Notes: a model not told the origin generated them from the sequence alone. A stretch of DNA of 32,930 nucleotides from Verrucomicrobiota bacterium (GCA_038214755.1 JBBQRQ010000054.1:1-32930), one strand, 5' to 3'; positions 8,885 to 19,512 are shown, counted from the first letter of the stretch. Made by a program: numbers and translations.

Positions 8885-10120
8885 TCACACTTCCAGAAGC
8901 ATTCGGTCGGGTTTTTCGACGACCTCTTTGATTCGCTTCAGAAACGTGACGGCCTCGCGGCCATCGACAATCCGGTGATCGTAACTCAGCGCGACGTACA
9001 TCATCGGACGAATGACCACATTTCCCTCAAGCGCGATAGGCCGTTCCTGAATCGTGTGCATGCCGAGAATCCCGCTTTGCGGCGGATTGACAATCGGCGT
9101 GGAAAGAAGCGAACCGTAAACTCCGCCGTTGCTGATCGTGAAGGTGCCACCCTGCAAGTCGTCCGGCTTCAATTTATTTTCCTTGGCGCGTTTGGCCAGC
9201 TCACCGATGGCGATTTCAATTTCGGCAAAACTCATTCGCTCGGCATTGCGCAAAACGGGGACGACCAAACCTTTGCCGCCGCCAATGGCGATGCCGATGT
9301 CGAAATAGTTGTGATAGACAATATTGTTGCCGCGAATTTCCGCGTTCACTTGAGGAACCAGTTTCAATCCCTCGATAACGGCCTTGACGAAGAACGACAT
9401 GAAGCCCGGTTTCACTCCAAATTTTTCCACGAACTTTTCCTGGAATTCTTTTCGCAACGAAATCACCCCGGACATGTCGATCTCGTTGAACGTGGTCAAC
9501 ATCGCCATCGATTGCTGGGCCTCGACCAAATGTTTGGCGACGGTGCGGCGCAGCAAACTCATCGGCACAATCTCTTCTTCGCGTCCGGTGTCTGATTTTG
9601 TTTTCGGCTCGGCAACTTTTTCATCCGTTGCCTCCACGGTTGGGTGGCGCAGCACATCTGCTTTCAATAATCGTCCGCCGGGACCTGTAGCTTTCACTTC
9701 GTTCGCGTCCAACTTTTTTTCCGCCAACGCTCGTTCGGCGGCGGGCATGACAAATTGTTTTTCAGCGGGTTTCTCTTTATCACTCGATTTCGTGACCTCG
9801 CGGACGAGAACGTCCGCGCTCCTTTCCTTGGCCGAAACCGCCTCGGTTTTTTTCTTTTCAACCGGACTCGATTTCACCGGCGCGCCGTTTTCGAGATAGG
9901 CAATCACCTCGCCGACCTTTGCGGTGTCGCCTTTCTTTTTCAAAATTTTGGAAAGCGTTCCCGCTTCTGGCGCGGGCAACTCCACCGTCGCTTTTTCCGA
10001 TTCGATCATCACCACATTTTCATCCCGCGCCACCGAGTCGCCTTCGCCTTTGAGCCAATCGCCGATTTCCACCTCGGTGATCGATTCGCCGATCTGCGGA
10101 ATTTTGAGTTCGGTTGCCAT
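8885..10120 (-). CDS. sucB: 2-oxoglutarate dehydrogenase E2, dihydrolipoyllysine succinyltransferase
   Basis: Lipoyl domain (IESEKAT), E3-binding [10 protein letters not shown], catalytic MLTTFNE and [14 protein letters not shown]. Confidence 0.97.
   Translation of the reverse strand: MATELKIPQIGESITEVEIGDWLKGEGDSVARDENVVMIESEKATVELPAPEAGTLSKILKKKGDTAKVGEVIAYLENGAPVKSSPVEKKKTEAVSAKERSADVLVREVTKSSDKEKPAEKQFVMPAAERALAEKKLDANEVKATGPGGRLLKADVLRHPTVEATDEKVAEPKTKSDTGREEEIVPMSLLRRTVAKHLVEAQQSMAMLTTFNEIDMSGVISLRKEFQEKFVEKFGVKPGFMSFFVKAVIEGLKLVPQVNAEIRGNNIVYHNYFDIGIAIGGGKGLVVPVLRNAERMSFAEIEIAIGELAKRAKENKLKPDDLQGGTFTISNGGVYGSLLSTPIVNPPQSGILGMHTIQERPIALEGNVVIRPMMYVALSYDHRIVDGREAVTFLKRIKEVVEKPDRMLLEV
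9799..9822 (-). repeat. GGAG-tagged REP-like hairpin inside the sucB linker
   Basis: Minus strand GGAG-CGCGGACG-TTCT-CGTCCGCG (8-bp perfect stem), read as RSADVLVR. Confidence 0.6.
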
Positions 10121-10122
10121 AA

Positions 10123-13080
10123 TTATTTAAATGCTTCGGCCAAAATTTTTTGTTGCTCGCGTTTGTGCTGGTTCGTCGAGCCGGTCGCCGGGCTGGCCGA
10201 GGCGGGTCGGGAAATAATTGAAAATGGAAAACGTCCAAACAATTTTTCGCCGAAGGTCGCTCGCAAATAACGCCAAGCGCCCATGTTCTCCGGCTCTTCC
10301 TGCACCCAAAAAACCGGAGTGCCCTCCGCGAAGTTTTCCAGCGCGGATTGGAGAACTTCTTTTTTGAGAGGGTAAAGTTGTTCGAGTCGAAGAAGGGCAA
10401 CGTCGTCGCGCTTGGATTTTTCCCGCTGCTCCTGAAGTTCATAATAAAGTTTTCCAGCGCAAAGCAAAACGCGCTGAACTTTTTCGTTCGGATTCGCGTC
10501 GGCCATCACGTATTGAAAACTTCCCTCGGACAATTCAGCCAAACTCGAAACGGCTTGAGGGTGGCGCAGCAAACTTTTTGGCGTCATCACGACGAGCGGC
10601 TTGCGCCATGGAGAAATCATTTGTCGTCGCAGGCAGTGAAAATATTGCGCGGGCGTGCTTGGGTAAACCACTTGGATATTATCCTCGGCGGCGAGGGCGA
10701 GAAACCGTTCGAGGCGCGCGCTGGAATGTTCCGGCCCCATTCCTTCAAAACCGTGCGGCAGGAGCAAAACGATTCCAGAAAGGCGATGCCATTTTTCCTC
10801 GGCGCTGACGATGAATTGGTCGATGATGACTTGGGCGGCGTTGACGAAATCCCCGAATTGCGCTTCCCACAAAATCAGGCCATCGGGTCGGTCCAGACTG
10901 TAACCGTAATCGAAACCAAGCACGCCGGATTCGGAAAGCGGGCTGTTGAGAATTTCCACGCGGGCGACGGGCGACTGGGAGCCGACGGCACTCGCAGGCT
11001 GGAAGCCTGCGCTACGTAGCGCAGGCTTCCAGCCTGCGGGTTCGGGACTCTTCCAGAGCCCAGGGAGCGTCGTCGCGATATTTTCCAGCGGAATATAAGT
11101 GCGGCCATCCTCGTAATCGTAAAGCACGGCGTGGCGTTGCGTGAAAGTCCCGCGCGCGCTGTCTTGTCCGCTGAGTCGAATGGGAAAACCTTCGCAGGCG
11201 AGAGTAGCGAAGGCGAGGGCTTCGGCGGCGGACCAGTCCAGCGGCTGTTTTCCAGCAGCCATGTCGCGGCGGGATTCCAAAAACTTTTCAATTTTTGGAT
11301 GCGGATGAAAATCTTTGGGCAACTCAGTTTGCGCGCGCAGCAGCGTGGAAAGTTTTTCAACGCTCACGCCGGTTTGAATCTCTGGAATTTTTTCAAAAGG
11401 GCCGCCCAAATATTTTTTCCGATCCCACGTTCCGCGCGGCGATTCGCTGAACGCATTATAATTTTCATTGCGCGATTCGGATAATTCCCGTTCCAGATTT
11501 TCGCGGCGACGCGACGCAATTTCATCGGCCTCCGGTCGGGAAATTTCGTTCAGCTTCAAGAGATGTTCGAGATAACCTTCGCGGACGGGCTTTCGTTTTT
11601 CGATGGCGCGATAAAGTGTCGGTTGCGTGAAGGACGGTTCGTCGGATTCGTTGTGGCCGAGTCGGCGGTAGCCCCACATATCGATCACGACGTCGCGCTT
11701 GAATTCGAGGCGGAAATCCATCGCCAGTTTTACGACCTGCGCGACTGCTTCCGGGTCTTCGCCGTTCACATGGAAAATTGGAATCTGCAACATCTTCGCC
11801 ACGTCCGTTGCGTAAAGGCTGGAGCGCGCTTCGTTGGGCGAAGTGGTAAACCCAATCTGGTTGTTCAAAACAATGTGGAGCGCGCCGCCGACGGAATATC
11901 CAGGAAGCTGGCTCAAATTAAATGTCTCTTGCACCACGCCTTCTCCGGCGAACGCGGCGTCGCCGTGGATCAACAAACCGAGGCAGCGCGTTTTCTCAGT
12001 GTCTCCAAAATAATCCTGCTTGGCGCGGACGCGGCCGAGCGCGACGGGGTTGACGAATTCGAGATGGCTGGGATTGAAGCAGAGCGAAAGATGGATCGAT
12101 TTGCCGGAAGTCGTTTTCCAATCGCCGCTGTATCCGAGATGATATTTCACGTCGCCCGCTCCGCGTCGTTTTGATTCGGTGTCGGCGAACTCGCGAAAAA
12201 TCTGGCGCGGATTTTTTCCGATAATGTTGGCGAGCACATTCAACCGGCCGCGATGCGCCATGCCGAAAACAATTTCCTGCACGCCTTGTTCGCCCGCTTT
12301 TTCGATGGCCAGATCCAGGAGAGGAATCAAACTCTCGCAGCCTTCGAGAGAAAAACTTTTTGCGCCGATAAATTTTTTGTGAATGAACTCCTCGAAGGTG
12401 ACAGCATCGGTCAGCCGCGTGAAAATTCTGAGTTGCTCGTCGCGCGTGAGTTGCAGGCGATTCTCCGTCGGCTCCATCCGCTTCTGCAACCACCGACGCA
12501 GCGCGAGGTCGTCGATGTGCATGTACTCAACGCCGATCGAGCGGCAATAGGTGTTGCGGAGTCGCTGCAATAATTCGCGAACGGTGAGCGGGCCATCGAA
12601 TTGAAAGGTCTCCGTTGCAACAGTTCGATCCATGTCTTCCTCGTTGATGCCAAAAAATGACGGCTCAAGTTCGGGAACGGAGGCGCGCTGAATTCCGAGG
12701 GGATCGAGTTGCGCGAGCATGTGTCCGCGACCGCGATGATTGCGGACGAGCTGGTTGACCTTGTCCTGCAATTGGGCGACGCGCGCCGGTTCGTAGCCGG
12801 CGACGGGAGGAGGCGGACTTGAACCAGAGAGGTGAGTTTCCGCCTCATTACGTCGGCGGCTACCAGCGGGTTCATGGCTGCCGGACGACGGATTGAAAAT
12901 GGATCGAGGGCGGAAGGTGGGGCCGCGACAGAAGGGTCGAGTGGCTTCTCCATTGCGCAATTCAGAAAAATATTTTTTCCACTCAGTGGAAACGGAATCG
13001 GGGTTGTCCTGGTAATCGGCGAAAAGTTCCTCGACAAACGCGAGGTTCAAACTGCTTGGAATTTTTTCTTCAGAATTCAT
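10123..13080 (-). CDS. sucA: 2-oxoglutarate dehydrogenase E1 with two repeat-derived in-frame insertions
   Basis: [29 protein letters not shown]hDP motif, [31 protein letters not shown]. Confidence 0.97.
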   Translation of the reverse strand: MNSEEKIPSSLNLAFVEELFADYQDNPDSVSTEWKKYFSELRNGEATRPFCRGPTFRPRSIFNPSSGSHEPAGSRRRNEAETHLSGSSPPPPVAGYEPARVAQLQDKVNQLVRNHRGRGHMLAQLDPLGIQRASVPELEPSFFGINEEDMDRTVATETFQFDGPLTVRELLQRLRNTYCRSIGVEYMHIDDLALRRWLQKRMEPTENRLQLTRDEQLRIFTRLTDAVTFEEFIHKKFIGAKSFSLEGCESLIPLLDLAIEKAGEQGVQEIVFGMAHRGRLNVLANIIGKNPRQIFREFADTESKRRGAGDVKYHLGYSGDWKTTSGKSIHLSLCFNPSHLEFVNPVALGRVRAKQDYFGDTEKTRCLGLLIHGDAAFAGEGVVQETFNLSQLPGYSVGGALHIVLNNQIGFTTSPNEARSSLYATDVAKMLQIPIFHVNGEDPEAVAQVVKLAMDFRLEFKRDVVIDMWGYRRLGHNESDEPSFTQPTLYRAIEKRKPVREGYLEHLLKLNEISRPEADEIASRRRENLERELSESRNENYNAFSESPRGTWDRKKYLGGPFEKIPEIQTGVSVEKLSTLLRAQTELPKDFHPHPKIEKFLESRRDMAAGKQPLDWSAAEALAFATLACEGFPIRLSGQDSARGTFTQRHAVLYDYEDGRTYIPLENIATTLPGLWKSPEPAGWKPALRSAGFQPASAVGSQSPVARVEILNSPLSESGVLGFDYGYSLDRPDGLILWEAQFGDFVNAAQVIIDQFIVSAEEKWHRLSGIVLLLPHGFEGMGPEHSSARLERFLALAAEDNIQVVYPSTPAQYFHCLRRQMISPWRKPLVVMTPKSLLRHPQAVSSLAELSEGSFQYVMADANPNEKVQRVLLCAGKLYYELQEQREKSKRDDVALLRLEQLYPLKKEVLQSALENFAEGTPVFWVQEEPENMGAWRYLRATFGEKLFGRFPFSIISRPASASPATGSTNQHKREQQKILAEAFK
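10968..11064. repeat. Back-to-back GTAG REP pair (46-bp perfect palindrome core) inside sucA
   Basis: CGCAGGCTGGAAGCCTGCGCTAC|GTAGCGCAGGCTTCCAGCCTGCG at 10993-11038; related intergenic copy at 32821-32870. Confidence 0.9.
12793..12863. repeat. GTAG REP doublet inside the sucA 5' region
   Basis: 25-nt arms at 12793-12817 and 12839-12863 (4 mismatches); same family as the intergenic element at 18535-18614. Confidence 0.88.
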
Positions 13081-13095
13081 CCCTTTGACCGAAAG

Positions 13096-13123
13096 AAATT
13101 AGCCACTCCAGAATCAAAGTCAA
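13096..13123 (-). promoter_or_regulatory. Putative sigma70 promoter of sucA-sucB-lpdA
   Basis: Minus strand TTGACT (13123-13118), 16 nt, TAATTT (13101-13096). Confidence 0.5.
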
Positions 13124-13206
13124 AGCGTCACCGCGATAGCGGAAAAATCAATTTTGATTGCCCCGAGGTTTCGACGCGCCTTAGCTTCCAGCTTGACCTG
13201 ACTTTT

Positions 13207-13938
13207 ATGCCGCACCGCCCCAAGTCCTTCGCATCTCGGAGAGAAGTTGCGTTTACATTGATTGAGCTGCTGGTTGTGATCGCGATCATTGCGATTCTCG
13301 CTGGGTTGTTGTTGCCGGCGCTGGCCTCCGCCAAAGAAAAATCCAAACGCGCCGCCTGCAAGAGCAACATGCACCAGGCAATTCTGGCGGTGCACATGTA
13401 TGGAAATGATAACCGGGAACGCGTTCCTTTGGGGCAAGACAGCCAATCGCCGCCCCAATGGCATTCCGTCCGCATCTCTCATTCGGGCTACACCAATCTG
13501 GTCCAATATTCCGGCAACGAAAAAATTTTGGATTGCCCCAACATTCAATTCGGAACGCAGACTCGAGCCAGCGCGCTCTACGGCTATTTGATCGGTTATC
13601 AATATCTCGGCGCGGCCGTTGATAACAGTTGGCCGGCGGTGGGACCCGATGTCTGGCACTCGCCGAGAAAGCTTACGGAATCAGGGACGAATTATATTTT
13701 AGCGGATGCCAATCATTGGGGCATGGATGGTTTCATTCTGGTGCCTCATGGCAAAACCGGCGGGCTTCTTCAAAACGGATCCTCTTTCATGCGCCTTGCT
13801 GCCGGCAGTACGCCTAAACAACTTGGAGCGAGCGGAGGCAATGTAGGCTATCTCGATGGATCGGTGGCGTGGAAAAATATTCAGCAAATGAGAACCAATC
13901 GAGCATCGAGCTACGTTTATTACTACGGCAATTGGTGA
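13207..13938 (+). CDS. Prepilin-type N-terminal cleavage/methylation protein (DUF1559/H-X9-DG-like)
   Basis: [37 protein letters not shown]-terminal [14 protein letters not shown] at 13207. Confidence 0.9.
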   Translation: MPHRPKSFASRREVAFTLIELLVVIAIIAILAGLLLPALASAKEKSKRAACKSNMHQAILAVHMYGNDNRERVPLGQDSQSPPQWHSVRISHSGYTNLVQYSGNEKILDCPNIQFGTQTRASALYGYLIGYQYLGAAVDNSWPAVGPDVWHSPRKLTESGTNYILADANHWGMDGFILVPHGKTGGLLQNGSSFMRLAAGSTPKQLGASGGNVGYLDGSVAWKNIQQMRTNRASSYVYYYGNW

Positions 13939-13942
13939 TTCG

Positions 13943-14251
13943 ATGAACCAAGACATCGCCCGATACAAAAATCTTTTGGAACAACATCCGGACTCTGAGC
14001 TGGCGCGGTTCAGTTTGGGCAAGGCGTATTTTGACGAAGGGCGAATTCGGGAAGCGAAAGAACAGTTTGAGTTCGCGACTGCAACGAAGCCCGACTGGAT
14101 GGTGGCGCAGATTCTACTCGGGAAATGTGAGCTGGCTTTGGACCGCAGGACGGAAGCCAAGGCCGCGTTTCTACGCGCAAAAGAATTAGCCATCGCGCAA
14201 AACCATCAAGTCCCTCTCTCGGAAATGGAACAACTCTTAGCGGATCTATAA
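13943..14251 (+). CDS. Small tetratricopeptide-repeat protein
   Basis: 102 aa; HPDSELARFSLGKAY and KPDWMVAQILLGKC TPR-like helices. Confidence 0.8.
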   Translation: MNQDIARYKNLLEQHPDSELARFSLGKAYFDEGRIREAKEQFEFATATKPDWMVAQILLGKCELALDRRTEAKAAFLRAKELAIAQNHQVPLSEMEQLLADL

Positions 14252-14374
14252 TTACATCCTGGGGTCGCCACGCGGGTAACATGCTCTGAGTTTGCGGATG
14301 AATAATTTGCATCGGATCAAATTCAACTGGGAACACTACCCGCGGCAATGGATAACCGCCTTGAAAAAGGAAGG

Positions 14375-15301
14375 CTACTTTTTTGCCGAGGCGTGCTCTT
14401 GCAGCCAGATCACGTCTGGATTGGGGGGGCTAAAGGTGACTGCACTAAAAGAAATACCAGTAATTATCGTTCGCTTATCCTTCCAGCGGTGAATTTCCGA
14501 ATGGCCGTCAGCAAAAGCAAAACCACAAGCCCCGTTGTGATAGGTTGCGGGCGCATCGAGCAATTTGTTTTCCACCATGGTGACGGCAAATCCCGCGTCA
14601 TTCAGACTGCGAGCGTCTTCATCCAGAAAGACGAAAATTTGAGCAGGTCCCGGTTTCACAAAAGAAGTCAATTTGCCATAAACCTGAAAGCAGTTGCCGC
14701 CGGTGCAATTTCTACTGTGAGCATGAGTGCCATCGAGCCACGGACCGTTGACGGGAACTTTTCCGCCCGAGTAAGGATCGGTGCCGACAGCCTGATTCAT
14801 CGAAAAGGTTCTCGCGGCTGGAACAATTTGCCGGGCGGTGGAGGGAGCGGTTGACCGGCCCATTCGCAAGTCGGCGGGACATTTGAAAATGCTGACGCTC
14901 TTGCCGATGTAAGGAACGAGCAAAGATAGGGTCGCATCTTTTAGGATGTCACTGTTGAATTCCTCCCCCTGGCCTATGCCAGCCTTGCCGGGACACCAAT
15001 TGTAGCCCGGTGTCGTGTTACCGTTGTCGGGATTGGGAGGCAATAACTCCGTGGAATCTCCGGCGTAAAAGTGGATCGCCAGCATCATTTGCTTGCCGTT
15101 ATTCATGCACTGAATGCCTTGCGCTTTTATCTTGGCTTTGGCCAACGCCGGCAACAGCAGACCGGCTAGAATGGCAATGATGGCGATGACGACCAAAAGC
15201 TCAATCAACGTAAAACCGTCCTGGGAAAATGTTGCTGGGCACGAAGTGTGATTTGCTGCGTCGGTCGTAAAGAGGTTAGTCCTTACTTTTCTCATTTTCA
15301 T
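14375..15301 (-). CDS. Prepilin-type N-terminal cleavage/methylation protein with H-X9-DG C-terminus
   Basis: [49 protein letters not shown]; start at 15301 or 15295. Confidence 0.9.
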   Translation of the reverse strand: MKMRKVRTNLFTTDAANHTSCPATFSQDGFTLIELLVVIAIIAILAGLLLPALAKAKIKAQGIQCMNNGKQMMLAIHFYAGDSTELLPPNPDNGNTTPGYNWCPGKAGIGQGEEFNSDILKDATLSLLVPYIGKSVSIFKCPADLRMGRSTAPSTARQIVPAARTFSMNQAVGTDPYSGGKVPVNGPWLDGTHAHSRNCTGGNCFQVYGKLTSFVKPGPAQIFVFLDEDARSLNDAGFAVTMVENKLLDAPATYHNGACGFAFADGHSEIHRWKDKRTIITGISFSAVTFSPPNPDVIWLQEHASAKK

Positions 15302-15458
15302 AAATGGGGTTCTTGAAAACAGTCTGCCATTTCCTGGTAACCGCACAAGCCATTTCTGTGGGGTGTTTGCTTCGGCCTTAGCGGTAGAAAGCGCTGGCCT
15401 GTCAATCCGCGGGAAGAATTTTGCGTCAATCAATTGAAGCAATGGCCGCTTTAAAAAT

Positions 15459-16880
15459 TCATCGGACATAAATGGGGTTGGCATAAACCCAAGCCCTCTC
15501 CTCGCCATCGAGCGTCAGCCATCCTTCCACGCGATAAACGCCCGGACCCTCAATAGCCTCGTCCATGAACGATTGGGTTTCTTCGTGAATCACTTTGCCA
15601 TTCTTTAGCAGCCGGATTTTTGTGGACAGAGGAAACCGCGCGATCAACCGCATCCCTTTGGCAAACGGAATTTCATCGCCCATGATGGCTGCGGGGAATT
15701 CAGAGGATGGATTGTTTTTCGAAGGAGCTTTCTGCTTAGGGACATTTTGAGTGAGTGCCTCAAACTGAAATCCGGTCGGGTCGCACATCCAATCATGACT
15801 AACGTAGGCGTGCCCGGCTTTCAAAGCCGCGCGCACGGCTTTCTCGCTTAACTCCGATGCCAGAATGTGAGTGCTGACATTCCAGAAAGAACGGTAATAG
15901 GGGTCAAGATCGAGCCGGACCAGGATGTCGCCGGGCTTGTGGTCCGTCGTCAGCGCCCGGATGCCGGGCCGAAGGGATGCGTCAATTAACCGCATCCCTT
16001 CGTCCTTGTCCACATTGGTGCCGATGCGGACGCTGTTTTCGTCCACCATTTTGACAATCAATATCTGGTTATGATGGCAATCGTTTGCGGCCACACCGGT
16101 CAGGCGTCGCGTCTGTGTTTCGCCGTCCCATTTATCCAGGTAATTCTTCGGGTAATCCACTTGGAAGGCGAGCAGTTCATCGGGATAGAGGCGCAATGCT
16201 TCTTCCAGTTCCTTCACCTGTTTCGGATCGGTGAGACGCAACGCCAGCGCGATCAGGGACGCCGGATCTTTCTTGGCGTCGGCATGGCGATTGTAAATCT
16301 CCTGCCCGGTGAGTCCGTCCATCAAGTGATTGGGTCGCTCTTCGATGTGCGAGAGAAAAATCAAGCCATCTCCGGCAGTCACCAATGGAATGAACTCCGC
16401 GTTCGGCGATTCCATTTTTTCCATGATGGTCTCAGTGGGATAAATCAAAAAACCTCGGACCTCGGAACCAGGAATAAACAAAACTCCGTCCCGAATTCCA
16501 CGCCAACTATCAGTGATGAAATCGCGAGGTGGCCGGAAATGATCGGTCAACATGATGACCTTCACGTCGGCCCTTTTGGCGTCGGCGAGCATCTCCGGTC
16601 GTGTGCCTCCCGTGTGCGCCGAATCCTCCGCGTGGGCGTGAAGGATGGACCGATAATCGTGCAGGCCGGGCAGCGGCGGAACGGGCTTGCGCAACGCTTT
16701 CAGCTTTTGCACGTCCTCGTGAGTAGCTTGGAGGCGGGCAAGAGCCATCCGTTCGATGGGCATACGCTTTCGCGGTGGCTCGGTTTTGATGTCATCGCCG
16801 ATTGCGGGCGACGCTGTCAACAGAAGCCCGAGAAATAATCCGCACGCGCGCGATGCAAAGTGATGAGAGTGGCAATTCAT
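15459..16880 (-). CDS. Secreted PHP-like metallohydrolase
   Basis: Signal peptide after ATG 16880; LHAH, MLTDH, GSE, SH.EE and ANDCHH metal-ligand pattern; the upstream ORF extension is repeat-derived. Confidence 0.7.
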   Translation of the reverse strand: MNCHSHHFASRACGLFLGLLLTASPAIGDDIKTEPPRKRMPIERMALARLQATHEDVQKLKALRKPVPPLPGLHDYRSILHAHAEDSAHTGGTRPEMLADAKRADVKVIMLTDHFRPPRDFITDSWRGIRDGVLFIPGSEVRGFLIYPTETIMEKMESPNAEFIPLVTAGDGLIFLSHIEERPNHLMDGLTGQEIYNRHADAKKDPASLIALALRLTDPKQVKELEEALRLYPDELLAFQVDYPKNYLDKWDGETQTRRLTGVAANDCHHNQILIVKMVDENSVRIGTNVDKDEGMRLIDASLRPGIRALTTDHKPGDILVRLDLDPYYRSFWNVSTHILASELSEKAVRAALKAGHAYVSHDWMCDPTGFQFEALTQNVPKQKAPSKNNPSSEFPAAIMGDEIPFAKGMRLIARFPLSTKIRLLKNGKVIHEETQSFMDEAIEGPGVYRVEGWLTLDGEERAWVYANPIYVR

Positions 16881-16886
16881 TGAAAG

Positions 16887-17066
16887 ACTCCACAGCCTTA
16901 CGACTGCGTATCGGGACCTTGAACCCAAGCCAGCAGCTCTATCGCGGCAGCGTCTTGGACTGCGCCAGCCCTCTGGCGCTTTATGGACGATGACATCCGC
17001 ACCCAAAGCGCCAGAGGGCTGGCGCAGTCCAAAACCTGGCGGCACTTCGAACGGTTCATTAGAAAG
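16887..17066. mobile_element. Cassette-like non-autonomous element carrying a CGTC-tagged REP doublet
   Basis: Left end GCGTATCGGGACCTTGAACC (16906-16925); perfect 28-bp inverted repeat 16955-16982/17005-17032; right end GGTTCATTAGAAAG; flanked by a TTCATT(A)GAAAGA direct repeat. Confidence 0.7.
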
Positions 17067-17105
17067 ATTTTCATTGAAGTTCTTTGACCGGTAAATTCGT
17101 CCCGG

Positions 17106-18428
17106 TCATTTGATCTTTCCCAGCATCTGGTAAATCCAGGTCAACGCGGTGTTCATCATTTTTTCACCGGCCCCGACCTCAACCGGCGAAACCTGGGCGT
17201 CTGCGCCATAACCTCCTTCCGCCACCGCTTCAATGGTGGGAAAATATTGGTGATAGCCATTGCAGTAACCGAAAAAGAAAAGTTGTTTCACCCGCGCCCG
17301 TTCTTTCAGCCGGATGGAATGGTTGCAAAAAAATTCTCCCGACGCCCCGACCAGGGCGATGTCGCCGTTGAGCAAAGCCACAGTAAGGCGTGGCCGAATG
17401 CCATCGGCATATTCATCTGTGTAGTTGGGTATCAATTCCGGAAAGAAAGCAAAACCATACGCGACTCGGATAGCGGGATTGCTCCAATCGGTTCGCGAAG
17501 TGAACTTGAACCGCTCCTCTCTCACAACGAGGGAAGGCTTGGTGATTTCCTCCGGTTTCAGGCTGGAGGCAAGCTTGACCACTTCGCGTCCCAACGCCTT
17601 GCCGAAACCTTCATGGCCTTTATTCTCGCCTGCATTTGCCGACATGTCTCCGGCAGCGCCTTGCATGAAAACGACCGGGCCGCCGAACTCCTTTTCCACT
17701 GTCTCCCTCATCGCGCCAACATAGTCCGCCGAGAATTTGAGAATGGCGGCGGAGATCATGGTGGGGTGCGCGGTGAAATTGACAATGACGGCTATCGGCT
17801 TGCCATTCGTGTCGTCCAAACGGATAACACCCAGGTCTCTATCAGCGGACTTAGGCTCAATCTTGGTTTGGCGATTTCGGTTGAAGCTTTCCAGCTTGAT
17901 GACACCAGTTGCCAGCTTCGCAGGAATCAATTTGGAATCCGCTTCGAGGACGGCGGCGACAATCCCTTCTTCCAGTTCCTTGTAGTAGCGCAATGCGGCG
18001 TCGAATTTGCCTTTGCCCTTGCCTTCTTCATCCGACAACTCCAGCACCGGGCCATGATGCGTGTGGGACCCTGCGATGAACGAATAGTCAATGTCTGCCT
18101 TTTCTTTGATAAGCGCGCGGATGTTCTGAAGTGACTTTTCCGAAGGAGACCGCCCGAGATCCAAGCCGACAATGGCGAGCTTTTTTTCGCCCGCCTGAAT
18201 GACGACGGCGCTGGCATACAACGGGTCCAACGTGCCCGCTGACAACGCGGCGTGACGTGCTCCATAACCCCACATGGGAACGGGTTCTTTGGGAGTGATA
18301 TTCCGTCTGCCCGCACCCGCTTTGAAGGCCGTCGGGGATGTGTCGGCGCGTGTGAGCAGGGAGGCAGCGAGCACAAAGCTGATAACCAGCACGCAAAATT
18401 TCCGGATGCGGAGTGGTTGTAATTTCAT
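17106..18428 (-). CDS. Neutral/alkaline ceramidase N-terminal-domain-like secreted hydrolase
   Basis: Signal peptide; AGAGRRNITP, DPLYASAVV, SHTHHGP, NFTAHPT, SADYVG, QGAAGD motifs. Confidence 0.8.
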   Translation of the reverse strand: MKLQPLRIRKFCVLVISFVLAASLLTRADTSPTAFKAGAGRRNITPKEPVPMWGYGARHAALSAGTLDPLYASAVVIQAGEKKLAIVGLDLGRSPSEKSLQNIRALIKEKADIDYSFIAGSHTHHGPVLELSDEEGKGKGKFDAALRYYKELEEGIVAAVLEADSKLIPAKLATGVIKLESFNRNRQTKIEPKSADRDLGVIRLDDTNGKPIAVIVNFTAHPTMISAAILKFSADYVGAMRETVEKEFGGPVVFMQGAAGDMSANAGENKGHEGFGKALGREVVKLASSLKPEEITKPSLVVREERFKFTSRTDWSNPAIRVAYGFAFFPELIPNYTDEYADGIRPRLTVALLNGDIALVGASGEFFCNHSIRLKERARVKQLFFFGYCNGYHQYFPTIEAVAEGGYGADAQVSPVEVGAGEKMMNTALTWIYQMLGKIK

Positions 18429-18534
18429 TAGACAAAATCTACGCGGTCGTTAATCGCGATGGATTCAGGCGAGAGATTGGCGGACAATTATTTTAGCGTC
18501 AATCTTAACCCAGGACGGAGTCAAGAAATCCTGA

Positions 18535-18614
18535 AATCGTAGCAGCCGACGTAAGGAGGCTCATTTTTCAAAAACTGGATTGATTAGAGCCTCCTTACGT
18601 CGGCTGCTACGATT
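18535..18614. repeat. GTAG REP doublet (REPIN-like), intergenic
   Basis: Perfect 28-bp inverted repeat AATCGTAGCAGCCGACGTAAGGAGGCTC at 18535-18562/18587-18614. Confidence 0.92.
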
Positions 18615-18744
18615 CTTGAATCCACCGTTATCCTAACCGTAGAAGATTAAAAAATTATTGCGCTTTCATTTCGACTGGCTAGGGTCTGTGACACTTCCAA
18701 CTAATAGCTGCGGCCAACAGCAATGCGATGACCCAACGAATAAA

Positions 18745-19512
18745 ATGAAGAGCGCGCGATTAAAAAGAAAGTCCGGCTTTACCTTGATCGAATTGCTGGT
18801 GGCCATCGCCATCATTGCTATTCTCGCGGGCCTGTTGCTGCCCGCTTTAGCCAAGGCCAAGTCCAAGGCGCTGCGAATCAAATGCCTCAGCAATATCAAA
18901 CAACTCCAGCTTTGTTGGAACATGTACCCTGACGACAACAACGGCTTTTGCCCGCCGAATAATCCGAACGGAACACCGACTCCCCCAGGGAACGAAGCGT
19001 GGATTTACGGGGACGTGAGAGCTGACCTGGACACCCGCAACATCGTAGCTGGAGTTCTCTACAAGTATAACTCTTCGGCTGCTATTTACGTCTGTCCCGA
19101 GGATCGATTTACCGTCAACGCTCGCGGGGTGAGTTACCCGACGACGCGGAGTTATTCGATGGTCAGTGCCATGCCTCAACAGGCGCCTTATGGGTCCCGC
19201 AAGTATTCAACCATCACCGACCCCACACCGGTCAAGGCTCTCGTGTTCATGGATGAAGATGATCGGCTGAACAACCCGCAAAATGGAATCAATGATGGCA
19301 ACATTGGATTGCGCCTGTATCCCGCGCTGGAATGGGGCGATTCACCGGGCCGACGCCACGACAACGGAGTCACAGTGTCCATGGCTGACGGTCACGCCGA
19401 GTATTGGAAATGGAGATCCAATAGAAAATATTTTGAGCGGGGTGGCGTGAAACCGGACGAGATTCCGGATCTTTTAAAAATTCAACAGGGCCTTCCGGGC
19501 TACATTTATTAA
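18745..19512 (+). CDS. Prepilin-type N-terminal cleavage/methylation protein with H-X9-DG C-terminus
   Basis: [53 protein letters not shown] at 18745. Confidence 0.9.
   Translation: MKSARLKRKSGFTLIELLVAIAIIAILAGLLLPALAKAKSKALRIKCLSNIKQLQLCWNMYPDDNNGFCPPNNPNGTPTPPGNEAWIYGDVRADLDTRNIVAGVLYKYNSSAAIYVCPEDRFTVNARGVSYPTTRSYSMVSAMPQQAPYGSRKYSTITDPTPVKALVFMDEDDRLNNPQNGINDGNIGLRLYPALEWGDSPGRRHDNGVTVSMADGHAEYWKWRSNRKYFERGGVKPDEIPDLLKIQQGLPGYIY

Noticed and set aside
10968..11064. Intein, intron or selenocysteine/recoding signal in sucA
   Set aside because: Too short, no intein termini, no in-frame stop; it matches an intergenic REP instead
12832..13206. Long N-terminal extension of the 368-aa ORF
   Set aside because: It overlaps sucA on the opposite strand; the prepilin motif supports a start at 13207
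16881..17045. N-terminal 55 aa of the 528-aa ORF
   Set aside because: It is translated repeat sequence; a signal peptide follows ATG 16880
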